From positions 1,647 to 45,752 of the forward strand of contig CAZCLT010000001.1 in the NCBI GenBank assembly GCA_964499655.1: a stretch of DNA of 44,106 bases, written 5' to 3'. A model generated the notes under the pieces. The model saw nothing but the letters and a program-made list of their open reading frames with translations, did no database searches and was not told where the DNA came from. A program made the translations under genes and the position numbers. Source of the stretch: an uncultured Gammaproteobacteria bacterium (GTDB lineage Bacteria; Patescibacteriota; Patescibacteriia; UBA9934). How positions within the stretch are numbered: the first letter of the stretch is position 1; every line of letters begins with the position of its first letter. Positions 14,835 through 23,622 of the stretch are shown here, one piece after another.

Positions 14835-17396
14835 ATGTCCGACCTCAACAAAAAACCTAAGACCATAAAAATCTCAGCTAAGCCGGGACAACTTTCGCCT
14901 TACATTATCCATTTGAGCAAGAACCCAGCCGTAGGGGCGGGGTCTGTGACCCGCCCGGTGGATTCGACCGATCCCGTCGAAGAATTAAAACGAAATTTAT
15001 TCATCGATCCTGATCTAATGCTCGATGAGACCGATGCCGAGGAAACCCATGACGGCCTGGAGGTTGATTTTAATGATCTAGTAGCGCAGTTGCGCGAGCC
15101 CGATACCCAGGTCGGTAACGTTGACGTAGGGGCGAGGTCTGTGACCCGCCCTGTGATCGAGAACCGAGAAATGTCCGTCCCTTCCCCGATCCACGAACTG
15201 ATCGAGATGGACATCGACGCGAATGCTTTAATAGAAGACGAAGTTGAAGCTATCGCCGAGGAAATTCATGAAGAAATTGAAACGCCCGAGGAACCTAAAC
15301 AAATTCTCACCTTCTCCCCCGAAGAATTACCATCTACCGACGAACTCCCCGAGCCCGAGCCAGAATTTACCCCAACGCCCCATCATCACTTCCGTTCCAT
15401 TCTCGCCTTTGTGGCCGTATCACTGCTACTCGTGATGCCGCTGCATGCCATGCAGGGTCTGGGCAGTGCCAGCACGATGAAAGCCGATATTACCGATGCC
15501 GGCCAGCGAGCGATCGATAACTTAACGCGTGGCGCTTCGGCGCTTTCTGATAACCGTTTTGATCTGGCCGGCTCCAACTTCACCCGAGCCACCAACGATT
15601 TCAAAGACGCGCAAGAATCTCTGAGCGGCCTACAGGGCACCATCGCTTCGCTAGTTTCGATCATCCCGCAAACTGATCGTACCTACGACAGCGTCCGTGG
15701 CCTAGTGACGGCCGGCAGCGAACTATCTGAGGCCGCCAATCTTTTCTCGCAAGCAGCTGGCGAAGTCTCGGGTGAATCAGCCACCAATATCGTCACTAAG
15801 CTGAGCGTTTTACGCGCTTATATTGAAAAAGCGGAACCACATGTGACTCTGGCAGCTAACGCGCTAGAAAAAGTTGATCCCAGCGTGATGCCGAACGATT
15901 ACGTCGATCAAGTCACCAACCTAAAGAGCAAAACACCTTCACTGGCCACGGCGCTTCAGGAATTCATCACTTTTTCTGATACGCTCAAAACCATCCTCGG
16001 CGAAAATCGAAAAATGCGCTATTTAGTCGCCTTCCAAAACAATACCGAACTACGCGCCACCGGTGGTTTTGTTGGTAGCTTTGCGCAAATCGATATCTTG
16101 AACGGCGAAATCGTCGAAATCGATATTCCAGAAGGTGGCAGTTACGATGTGCAAGGCCAGCTCTCCGCTTTTGTGGCCCCGCCCCAACCGATCACCCTAG
16201 TTAACCCGCGCTGGGAATTTCACGATGCTAACTGGTTCCCGAATTTTCCAACTTCGGCTAGCAAAATGATGTGGTTCTATGAAAAATCCGGTGGGCCAAC
16301 CGTGGACGGCGTGATCGCTATCAATGCCACGCTGATGCCAGATCTGTTGGCGATTTTAGGTGATGTCGAAATGCCAGAATACGGCAAAACTATCGATAGC
16401 GAAAATTTCTTGTTCGAAACACAAAAAATTGTTGAGTTTGAATACAAGGATTTGGTTAAAACTGATCTCGGTCGAAAAGAAGACGCACCGAAACAGTTCA
16501 TTGGCGATTTGGCGCCCAAGCTACTCGAGAAACTTCAGGAAGCTGATATGCCGACCCTTCTGGCAGTACTCGATTGCCTAGGTACCGGCTTGCAAGAAAA
16601 AGACGTTCAGTTTTACTTCGACAACAATACGCTTGAAGCCCAGATGGAAACGCTTGGCTGGTCAGGTTCGGTCGTGGAAACGACCGGAGACTATTTAATG
16701 ATCGTTGATACAAACTTGGGTGGCGGTAAAACCGACACGGTTATTACCCAGAACGTTGATGTTCAGGTTGATGTCGCTGCGGATGGTTCGGTCACCAATA
16801 CCGTAACTATTACCAAAGAACATCGTGGACTCAAAACCGCGCTTTTTGAAGGCGCCAACAACGTCGATTACATTCGCCTGTACGTACCAGCTGGTTCAGA
16901 ATTCCTGGGTGGTAGCGGTTTTGAAGCACCGCCGCTAAGCGCCTACGACGAAACAGATTTAGATCTCACTTTCGATGAAGATTTAAGCTTAGTGATGAGC
17001 AACGAAAAGAAAGATCCGGGCACGGGTACTGATATTTGGGATGAAAGCGGCAAAACAGTTTTCGGTAACTGGATTCAGACCGCGCCTGGAGAAACGCAAA
17101 CCATTGTCATTACCTACCGCCTACCTTGGAAAATCGTGTCCGACGATCCTTCAACCGGGCTGATCGCTGCCGCTAAAGCTCGCCTGGGTTTTAAAGATTT
17201 ACAAACCTACACCATGTTTGTTCAGAAGCAATCAGGCGTTAATACGCGACAAACTAACGTCAGTCTGAACTTGCCGGGTAACCGTAAACTGATCTGGGGG
17301 TCGCAAGATGGCGATACGCAAGCCAACGAAATCGCGGTCAGTAACCGCACCGATTCGTTCCTCCGATTCCTGATCGAAAAATTACCGGAAGAATAA
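14835..17396 (+). CDS. DUF4012-type envelope protein with an acidic, disordered N-terminal tail and one TM segment
   Basis: 853 aa. RYLVAFQNNTELRATGGFVGSFAQIDILNGEI matches the DUF4012 signature as I remember it. TM segment ILAFVAVSLLLVMPL. Confidence 0.65.
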   Translation: MSDLNKKPKTIKISAKPGQLSPYIIHLSKNPAVGAGSVTRPVDSTDPVEELKRNLFIDPDLMLDETDAEETHDGLEVDFNDLVAQLREPDTQVGNVDVGARSVTRPVIENREMSVPSPIHELIEMDIDANALIEDEVEAIAEEIHEEIETPEEPKQILTFSPEELPSTDELPEPEPEFTPTPHHHFRSILAFVAVSLLLVMPLHAMQGLGSASTMKADITDAGQRAIDNLTRGASALSDNRFDLAGSNFTRATNDFKDAQESLSGLQGTIASLVSIIPQTDRTYDSVRGLVTAGSELSEAANLFSQAAGEVSGESATNIVTKLSVLRAYIEKAEPHVTLAANALEKVDPSVMPNDYVDQVTNLKSKTPSLATALQEFITFSDTLKTILGENRKMRYLVAFQNNTELRATGGFVGSFAQIDILNGEIVEIDIPEGGSYDVQGQLSAFVAPPQPITLVNPRWEFHDANWFPNFPTSASKMMWFYEKSGGPTVDGVIAINATLMPDLLAILGDVEMPEYGKTIDSENFLFETQKIVEFEYKDLVKTDLGRKEDAPKQFIGDLAPKLLEKLQEADMPTLLAVLDCLGTGLQEKDVQFYFDNNTLEAQMETLGWSGSVVETTGDYLMIVDTNLGGGKTDTVITQNVDVQVDVAADGSVTNTVTITKEHRGLKTALFEGANNVDYIRLYVPAGSEFLGGSGFEAPPLSAYDETDLDLTFDEDLSLVMSNEKKDPGTGTDIWDESGKTVFGNWIQTAPGETQTIVITYRLPWKIVSDDPSTGLIAAAKARLGFKDLQTYTMFVQKQSGVNTRQTNVSLNLPGNRKLIWGSQDGDTQANEIAVSNRTDSFLRFLIEKLPEE
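14931..14956. repeat. REP-like hairpin element GTAGGGGCGGGGTCTGTGACCCGCCC, copy 1 (in CDS)
   Basis: Stem GGGCGGG/CCCGCCC. Translated as VGAGSVTRP. Confidence 0.7.
15126..15151. repeat. REP-like hairpin element GTAGGGGCGAGGTCTGTGACCCGCCC, copy 2 (in CDS)
   Basis: 25 of 26 nt identical to copy 1 and 195 nt (65 codons) downstream of it. Translated as VGARSVTRP. Confidence 0.7.
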
Positions 17397-17398
17397 AT

Positions 17399-19348
17399 AT
17401 GACCGAACACGAACACCCCAAGCACCACCCGAAACACGTTCCAGGTTCAGAACCCCATCCCGCTTCCCCTTCGAAAGGGGAAGAGTCGCCGCATGTAAAA
17501 ATTCAAAAGCATCATGCTTCGCGTACCCATGCGCACACCGAGACGGGACTCGAGAAGGATGAAGAACAAGCGATCGAAACCGGACTACACGCCATTTACG
17601 GCGAAGATAAAACGGATTTCACTAAAATTGAACGCCCACGCAATTTCATTACTCAACTTCTGCTCACGCTGGTAATCGTGCTCTCGGTGTTAGCTGGCAC
17701 GGCCTGGGGTGGTTATTTCGTTTATCAAAAATATTTTGCCCCGGCGAGTTCGGAAACTTTCACCGTCAACATTAAAGCACCGGAACAAATCAAAAGCGGT
17801 GAACGATTAGCGATCACCATTCATTACTCCAACCCCACCAGTGTACCGCTGGCCCAATTAACCATCGACGCTCGCCTACCAACTGGCTTTATTGTAGAAA
17901 CTAGCAACCCGCTAGCTGGCAATCTAGCTAAACCCACTTGGGATATTGGCTATTTAAACGCTGGTAGCGATGGCGAAATCACACTCGAAGGAATCTGGAT
18001 TGCGACTGTGCCCTCCACTACCCCACTACAAGTCTTTGCCAATTTCCGACCAGCTAATTTTAATTCTGATTTTCAAGCCGTGGAAACCGTTTCCGTCACC
18101 AGCTTACAAACTGTGCTGGAATCCACTTTCAGCGGATCTGAAGAAGCCACGCCTGGCGAAGCCCAGGAATATCTACTAACGATCCAAAACACTGGCAGCG
18201 AAACGGTGAAAGATGTCATCGCTGAAATTAAATTACCAATCGGTTTCTATTTGGATAAAAGCGCACCAGAACTGGCGGCCGCGAGCGAGCCGGTCTGGAC
18301 CATCGCCAGCCTAGAACCTGGCGCCAAATCAGAAATCAAACTAACTGGTTCTTTCGCCGCCGATGTCACCGGCTTCCAATATTTTGATGCGACGATCAGC
18401 TTGAAAGATGGTAACGATCAGTTAACACAAACAACGGCTCAAACTTTTACCGATGTAAAAGGTAGCACTGTTTCGTTACAATTGGTGGCTGCCGGCAGTA
18501 GCACAGATTCAGCTCTGTTCCTGGGTGATAACCTGCGCGTTTCGCTGGCCTATGAAAATACCAGCGAAGAACCGATGAATGATGTCGCCATTTTGCTCGA
18601 TTTCTCTTCCGAGAAGACCTTTCCGATTGATTGGAAAACCGCCAATCTCGCCGGCGGAAAACTGACTAAAGATGGCGTGCTCTGGAGCGCTGAAACGATC
18701 GGTGAAGTGCCGGCGCACGAAAAGAAAATCTTGAGTTTAGATTTTCCTATCGTGGCCACCATGACCGAAGCGTTCGGTGACCGCTTCACGCTCACGGCGC
18801 TCGCGAACGTCGGTAATCTTTCTGTCCGTTCCACCCCGATCACCATCTCCATTAACTCCAACGCCACGCTCGCCACCGAAGTGCGCTATTTCACGGCTGA
18901 TGGCGCGCCACTCGGCGCTGGCCCCATCCCACCGATGGTTGGCGAAAGCACCACTTACCGCGTGTACTGGACGGTTAGCAACAGCCTGCACAACCTGGAA
19001 AATATGACTGTGACGGCTATTTTGCCACCACACGCCACTTGGAACAATCAAACAACAACCGATCTAGGGACCGTGGCTTATAAAGATATTTCCGGTGAGG
19101 TGGTTTGGACTTTATCGGCGCTGCCAGAAGACGTACAAAGCGTCAGCGCCAACTTCGCCATCAGCATTACGCCAAAAACAGAAGATGTCGGAAAATTCGT
19201 CAAACTAATCTCGGGCTCTAATTTCAAAGTCACCGATAGCTTCACTAAGGCGCTGATCGAACAAACTGGCGAAAGCCTGGACACCGAGCTCCCCACCGAC
19301 GTGTTTGCCAGCGGCAAAGGCGCCGTGGTTGAGGCGCCAGCACCGTAA
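17399..19348 (+). CDS. Membrane-anchored surface protein with repeated beta-sandwich-like (DUF11/CARDB-like) modules and a His-rich N-terminus
   Basis: 649 aa. N-terminus MTEHEHPKHHPKH...HHASRTHAHTE, TM LLLTLVIVLSVLAGTAWGGYF, then repeated modules of about 100 aa. The family assignment is tentative. Confidence 0.45.
   Translation: MTEHEHPKHHPKHVPGSEPHPASPSKGEESPHVKIQKHHASRTHAHTETGLEKDEEQAIETGLHAIYGEDKTDFTKIERPRNFITQLLLTLVIVLSVLAGTAWGGYFVYQKYFAPASSETFTVNIKAPEQIKSGERLAITIHYSNPTSVPLAQLTIDARLPTGFIVETSNPLAGNLAKPTWDIGYLNAGSDGEITLEGIWIATVPSTTPLQVFANFRPANFNSDFQAVETVSVTSLQTVLESTFSGSEEATPGEAQEYLLTIQNTGSETVKDVIAEIKLPIGFYLDKSAPELAAASEPVWTIASLEPGAKSEIKLTGSFAADVTGFQYFDATISLKDGNDQLTQTTAQTFTDVKGSTVSLQLVAAGSSTDSALFLGDNLRVSLAYENTSEEPMNDVAILLDFSSEKTFPIDWKTANLAGGKLTKDGVLWSAETIGEVPAHEKKILSLDFPIVATMTEAFGDRFTLTALANVGNLSVRSTPITISINSNATLATEVRYFTADGAPLGAGPIPPMVGESTTYRVYWTVSNSLHNLENMTVTAILPPHATWNNQTTTDLGTVAYKDISGEVVWTLSALPEDVQSVSANFAISITPKTEDVGKFVKLISGSNFKVTDSFTKALIEQTGESLDTELPTDVFASGKGAVVEAPAP
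17463..17483. repeat. GC-rich palindrome CTTCCCCTT-cga-AAGGGGAAG inside a CDS
   Basis: 9-bp stem. Translated as ASPSKGEES within the His-rich tail. Confidence 0.55.
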
Positions 19349-19350
19349 CA

Positions 19351-19396
19351 AAAAATGCATTAACTAACCGATCGGTCAGTTAATGCATTTTTGTTT
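19351..19396. terminator. Bidirectional intrinsic terminator between convergent genes
   Basis: AAAAATGCATTAACT-(13 nt)-AGTTAATGCATTTTT, with an A-run on one side and a T-run on the other. Confidence 0.85.
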
Positions 19397-19400
19397 GAGG

Positions 19401-20342
19401 CTATTTCCGCCGTAAATTTTTCATCATTCGATACAAGCCGTACCAAGTGTGGCGAAGTGGCAGATCGATGGTGCCGGGCATGGAATAAACTAGGCCACCG
19501 AAGCCGAGTTTGTATCGAGTAATGCCAGCCCAGGGGTGATCGGCGGGAGCGTCGGCGGGAGCGATGCCCCAGAAGTCGAAGGCTTTCAGGCCAACGGCGA
19601 TCGCATCGGTCATCAAGAAGACGTGCAAGGCGTACTGGGCCATCACATCGCGGTGCAAGTTACTGGTCGCGCCGTGCAGATAAGTCCGCACGCCGTTAAA
19701 ATCGACGATAATATTCGCGGTGATTGGTCGATCTTCAAAATAAGCCAGGGGTAATTTAGCTGTTGCCTCACCAGCCTGGAGCGACTCGAGCATCTGGTGA
19801 TAATATTTTTCGTGGTGGGCCGAGAAATTATCGCGCGCGGCCGTTTGCTCCATTAGGCGCATAAAATCCGGAAACGCCTCCAGGCCAACAAACTTACACA
19901 CCACACCTTTCTTCTGTGCCAGCCGAAAATTGTAGCGAGTTTTGGATTTGAAATTGGCGATCAGCTTCTCTTCACCAACAGTTAAATCAACCATCACCGT
20001 GTGCGCCGGCTGTACATCGTGCACCTTCATGAACCGCGTCTCTTGGGTGGGTTCACACCGTAAAAACACGGCTGACGGCAGTACTTCACGAACTCGCTCC
20101 ACCAGCGTATCGGCCTGGCCGTAACCCAGTGGACCCTTCGGGATGTACCAATACGATTGACCAAGCGGCAGTGGCATCAAAATCGCTTGGGCTACCGCTT
20201 CCGCATCCGTCCCCGGAACATGTACCCGTTCGACCGTTCGGCCAACATTTTTTTGAAATTCTCCCCACTCCCAGGACTGCAAAAACGCCCCAAACGGCGG
20301 CGCGTATTCGCGAACTAGGTTGTTCCAGGTTTGGGAGTTCAT
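19401..20342 (-). CDS. FemAB-family peptidoglycan bridge aminoacyltransferase (FemX-like)
   Basis: 313 aa. FLQSWEWGEFQ and YLHGATSN-type motifs and the typical length. A TAGAAT box lies 9 nt upstream of the ATG. Confidence 0.7.
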   Translation of the reverse strand: MNSQTWNNLVREYAPPFGAFLQSWEWGEFQKNVGRTVERVHVPGTDAEAVAQAILMPLPLGQSYWYIPKGPLGYGQADTLVERVREVLPSAVFLRCEPTQETRFMKVHDVQPAHTVMVDLTVGEEKLIANFKSKTRYNFRLAQKKGVVCKFVGLEAFPDFMRLMEQTAARDNFSAHHEKYYHQMLESLQAGEATAKLPLAYFEDRPITANIIVDFNGVRTYLHGATSNLHRDVMAQYALHVFLMTDAIAVGLKAFDFWGIAPADAPADHPWAGITRYKLGFGGLVYSMPGTIDLPLRHTWYGLYRMMKNLRRK

Positions 20343-20425
20343 TACGATTTTATTCTACTGGATAGCCGGCTGGAATACAAAAAGCAAAACTTAAAAAATG
20401 GACAAAGAGCAAAGCACAAAAAATT

Positions 20426-21001
20426 TTAGACCATCACCGAAAGACGGGAACCGCAGAACGAACCCGAATTGTCAGGCTCGAACCCGTCGAGAAGCGCCTG
20501 CCGGCCGTCCGCGCTCCAGTAGGCGCACGGAACACCGCCAGAGATCTTAAACCAAGCACCGGTTAGAAACGCCAGGCTATCCTCGCCGTTCTGATAATCG
20601 TCTAATGTTTTACCGGTTTCCTGTAGGTGGTAAATGAACGCCGAAATCCAATCTTCTGGTGTCATTCCGGATTCGCCAGGTAATTGTTGTGCTAGGTATT
20701 CATTAGAACTCTTGCCGGCTTCAGTCTCTGGTCGTGGTGACTTCTTGCCATCGGTTTTGCCTTCACCTGCTCGGGGAATACTACGGATACCGCGAGTCTT
20801 ACGGTCGGATTGTAGTAATTCGATGCGCCAACCGGTCAGTGGGTCAGTGGCATTTCGTTGGGCCTCAAGGATCTGGGCTTTGGTGAGGCCTTGATGTTTA
20901 GATTGGTCTTTATCAAAAGCTTTGACGCCGTAGACTAAATCACCTTTCACGTCGGCGCTGTTGTAGCCATCCCAGTGATATTCAGGTTGGCTCTCGTCCA
21001 A
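20426..21001 (-). CDS. Hypothetical protein; possibly the 3' part of a frameshifted gene
   Basis: The only start is TTG with no SD. Its frame stays open and protein-like up to the stop of the upstream ORF. Confidence 0.4.
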   Translation of the reverse strand: MDESQPEYHWDGYNSADVKGDLVYGVKAFDKDQSKHQGLTKAQILEAQRNATDPLTGWRIELLQSDRKTRGIRSIPRAGEGKTDGKKSPRPETEAGKSSNEYLAQQLPGESGMTPEDWISAFIYHLQETGKTLDDYQNGEDSLAFLTGAWFKISGGVPCAYWSADGRQALLDGFEPDNSGSFCGSRLSVMV

Positions 21002-21066
21002 TTCAAAATCCGGATGCTTCTTCTTGTGGTCGAGTAATGTTTTCTTGAGCCCCTCGATCTGGCGAT

Positions 21067-21501
21067 TTAGACTGGGACGATAAGAATTTTGGTGAAGCTC
21101 TGTTCGGCTTTGATGGCGAGCTCGGCCTGGCGCTCGATGAGACAGGCCGCGATGTCTTCGACGGAGGGATACGGGTACTCGTGGCCGTCGATGCCGCGGA
21201 TGAATTCGATACCGGTTTCTTTATTCATCTCTAAAAGACCCTGAGCTTTTAGGCTGGCTTTTTGTTTTTTGTGTTGTTCAGAAAGCGAGTAAGTAATTTC
21301 TAATTGCTCGCGCGGAGAGAATTCGTGAGCCTCTGGGTCGGGTGGGACTAATGGGTCATATTCGTCGGGAGGGGGCGAGCCGAGGATTTCCCGCATGGCC
21401 GCTTCTTGTTCTTTACCTAAAATTTTGCCAACCAATTCGGCGTTGTCTTTAGAGCGATGCTTGGGTGGTTCGAAAGGGTTTTCGAGCGAGCTGAAAGGCA
21501 T
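21067..21501 (-). CDS. Hypothetical protein (144 aa)
   Basis: The ATG directly follows the ruvA stop. No recognisable motif. Confidence 0.45.
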   Translation of the reverse strand: MPFSSLENPFEPPKHRSKDNAELVGKILGKEQEAAMREILGSPPPDEYDPLVPPDPEAHEFSPREQLEITYSLSEQHKKQKASLKAQGLLEMNKETGIEFIRGIDGHEYPYPSVEDIAACLIERQAELAIKAEQSFTKILIVPV

Positions 21502-21502
21502 A

Positions 21503-22048
21503 TCAACGTGATAATTGTTTCAAGGCGGCGCGGATGCGGTCTTCAGTTGATTCGGCGACGACATCGCGGAGGACGTCGGCCACGTCACGACGGGCGTAGC
21601 CGAGGCCAACCAACGCATCGATCGCCTCTTCGTCGACTGAATTGGGTTCATCAGACTCAGTGACGAGTACGCCTTTGAGCTCTAGAATAATTTTTTGCGC
21701 CGTCTTTTTGCCCACGCCAGGAATGCCGGTTAAGAAATCAACATCACCGGCCAGGATTTTTTCGATCACGCTATCATGCGCCGCGTTGCTCAAAATCTTG
21801 GCCGCCAGCTTAGGGCCAACGCCGTTAACTTCGATCATCGTCTCGAAGAGCTCCAACGCTTCCAGGCTAGCGAAGCCGTACAACTCACGACGATCTTCGC
21901 GCACCAAATCAAAGGTGTAAATGGCAAGCGACTGACCAATTTGCCCATCAAAACCCACGCTATAAACCTTATAGCCAACGCCTCCTACCTTAAGGATTAG
22001 CCAGTCAGGACGCCGCGCAATCACTTCGCCCTCTAGGTAACCGATCAT
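21503..22048 (-). CDS. ruvA: Holliday junction branch-migration complex subunit RuvA
   Basis: MIGYLEGEVIARRPDWLILKVGGVGYKVY at the N-terminus, HhH motifs (GVGPKLA, IPGVGKKTAQKI) and 181 aa. Confidence 0.88.
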   Translation of the reverse strand: MIGYLEGEVIARRPDWLILKVGGVGYKVYSVGFDGQIGQSLAIYTFDLVREDRRELYGFASLEALELFETMIEVNGVGPKLAAKILSNAAHDSVIEKILAGDVDFLTGIPGVGKKTAQKIILELKGVLVTESDEPNSVDEEAIDALVGLGYARRDVADVLRDVVAESTEDRIRAALKQLSR

Positions 22049-23277
22049 AGAACCCCATTTTCCCAGGTAAGCCGCGCTTCGTCAAAGAGGCGTTGGGCTT
22101 TAGTGAGGCGTTTTTGAAGTTCTTTGTTTTGCAGATTATTGGGTACGGAAAGCGACGGATCCTTTACCAGTTCTTCTAGCGCCTCAACGATCTCCTTACG
22201 GCCACGACCAAATGGCACCTTTAAAATTTTAAAAACTTCGTCGGAAGAAAGGCCGGCCGCTTTGAGCAGATTCTTGAATTCCCTCTTCTGCGCCAAGCGA
22301 ACTTCTTCACGGCGTTTCGCGCGACGTGCCGGGGCCGCCAATTCTTCACTGCGCCAAAAGTTAAAGATGGCCGTCAGATCGACAGCAAACCGACCGTACT
22401 GCTGGGACAACGAACCAACCGCCGAATCTAAAAAGACGCAGGCCAATAAAACGTCCATGGCTTCGTTCGCGTCGAGCTTGGCCTTGGTGGCTCGAGCGAT
22501 GAGTAGCTCGAACTTGGCCACATCAGGCCCCGTCTTGAAGAATTCGAGCACGTCGATGTGATTCTCCATCGCGAAAGCGAGCATTTCGCCATCTCGCGGC
22601 TCGAGCTTAAGGTGCTGTTCGATGGCCGTCCGCGCCGATCGGAATTCAGGACGAAGCGCGGCCCGGGCGTGCCCGAAGTAATGTGTTTCAATACCGTATG
22701 TTTTGAAAAATTCAGCGAGTAGTTCCCCACCAGCCAAATCGGAATGACTGAGCTCAAATGCTCGATACAATTTCAAATACAATGCTTGCTCGGCCGCGCT
22801 AGCCGTCACCGAGAGACGGCGCTTGTGCTGAGCAAAGCCTTCCATCGCGCCTTTAGAGTTACTCGCCGCATCGAAAGCGATCAAAGTTGGTTTAGCGATG
22901 TCGTGGAGCAAGGCGAAGGCTTGAAGCGTGGCCGCATTAGCCCGAATCGTCTCTTCTAGTTTGATGATTTCTTCACGCCAGTAGCGCTCGCCGACTAACT
23001 CGTCAATGGCCAACAAACTTTGGCCATCGAGTACAGCAAATAACCCTCCCAGGATCCGCTCCACATGAAAACGCACGAAAATACCCTCACAATGCCAGGG
23101 TGCCGACTGTGGACAATGGTCTAATTTCTGAAGTTCGGGCGCTAATTTTTGAGCCTCAACCAGCGCCTCCCGAGCTTGATTCTGTCGCTCTGCCGTCAAA
23201 ACGTCTTCATCCAGCCAACGTAAAAAAACCTTCGATTCCCCTTTGTTTTTAAAGATTTGGCCTCCATTTCCCCACAT
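22045..23277 (-). CDS. HD-domain protein (metal-dependent phosphohydrolase superfamily), function unknown
   Basis: H...LLHDIAKP motif. I placed the start at ATG 23277 (MWGNGGQIF...). The track's start at 23388 is a GTG that reads through a promoter-like region. Confidence 0.5.
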   Translation of the reverse strand: MWGNGGQIFKNKGESKVFLRWLDEDVLTAERQNQAREALVEAQKLAPELQKLDHCPQSAPWHCEGIFVRFHVERILGGLFAVLDGQSLLAIDELVGERYWREEIIKLEETIRANAATLQAFALLHDIAKPTLIAFDAASNSKGAMEGFAQHKRRLSVTASAAEQALYLKLYRAFELSHSDLAGGELLAEFFKTYGIETHYFGHARAALRPEFRSARTAIEQHLKLEPRDGEMLAFAMENHIDVLEFFKTGPDVAKFELLIARATKAKLDANEAMDVLLACVFLDSAVGSLSQQYGRFAVDLTAIFNFWRSEELAAPARRAKRREEVRLAQKREFKNLLKAAGLSSDEVFKILKVPFGRGRKEIVEALEELVKDPSLSVPNNLQNKELQKRLTKAQRLFDEARLTWENGVL

Positions 23278-23292
23278 ATTGTTAACTAGCAA

Positions 23293-23321
23293 TTGACAGA
23301 AATATACTTTTCTGCTATATT
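23293..23321 (+). promoter_or_regulatory. Near-consensus promoter TTGACA-17-TATATT on the plus strand
   Basis: TTGACA 23293-23298, 17-nt spacer, TATATT 23316-23321. No plus-strand CDS follows. Confidence 0.45.
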
Positions 23322-23327
23322 GACCGT

Positions 23328-23612
23328 CTGTAAGAGTTCCTTCCAACCCGGAGTATCGGCCATGGGCGGCGGATAATCTAGCGATCACCTAAAGGGGACA
23401 AAACGCCTATGTCGGCGCCCCATAAATCTGCGATCGAGCGAACAAGAAGCTTTGATCCATCGATCGTACGATAACCATCGACCAACCCGGTCGGTGCACT
23501 GCCCCGAAGCAAGAAAGATGCCAACTTCTACTCCGACTACAGGATATACCACCTGAACTACCCGTTCACCTTGACCGGTCCCTAGAGCGCCCTCGCTCTT
23601 GGCACCGGTCTC
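23328..23612 (+). ncRNA. Candidate unannotated RNA of about 285 nt (orphan transcription unit); class unknown
   Basis: It is bracketed by the promoter above and a plus-oriented intrinsic terminator. The longest plus-strand ATG ORF is 21 codons. The segment contains several local hairpins. Confidence 0.35.
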
Positions 23613-23622
23613 ATTTTATTTT
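23573..23622 (+). terminator. Intrinsic terminator, plus-strand oriented
   Basis: Outer stem GACCGGT/ACCGGTC and inner stem AGAGCG-ccct-CGCTCT, followed by TCATTTTATTTT. On the minus strand no T-run follows the hairpin. Confidence 0.6.

Noticed and set aside
23336-23362. A GGAAGGAA string on the minus strand reminiscent of the SRP RNA domain IV apex
   Set aside because: The flanking sequence cannot form the conserved helix 8 with its symmetric and asymmetric loops. The closing pairs and the AGCAGCC element are absent.
23278-23388. N-terminal extension of the HD-domain ORF to GTG 23388
   Set aside because: The extension (MIARLSAAHGRYSGLEGTLTDGQYSRKVYFCQLLVNN) reads through a consensus plus-strand promoter and does not look protein-like. 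ATG 23277 is the more conservative start, though I am not certain of it.
23346-23400. Partial resemblance to a TPP riboswitch (GGATAATCTAGCG...AAAGGGGA)
   Set aside because: The CTGAGA element and the rest of the TPP consensus are missing. No downstream plus-strand gene exists for it to regulate.
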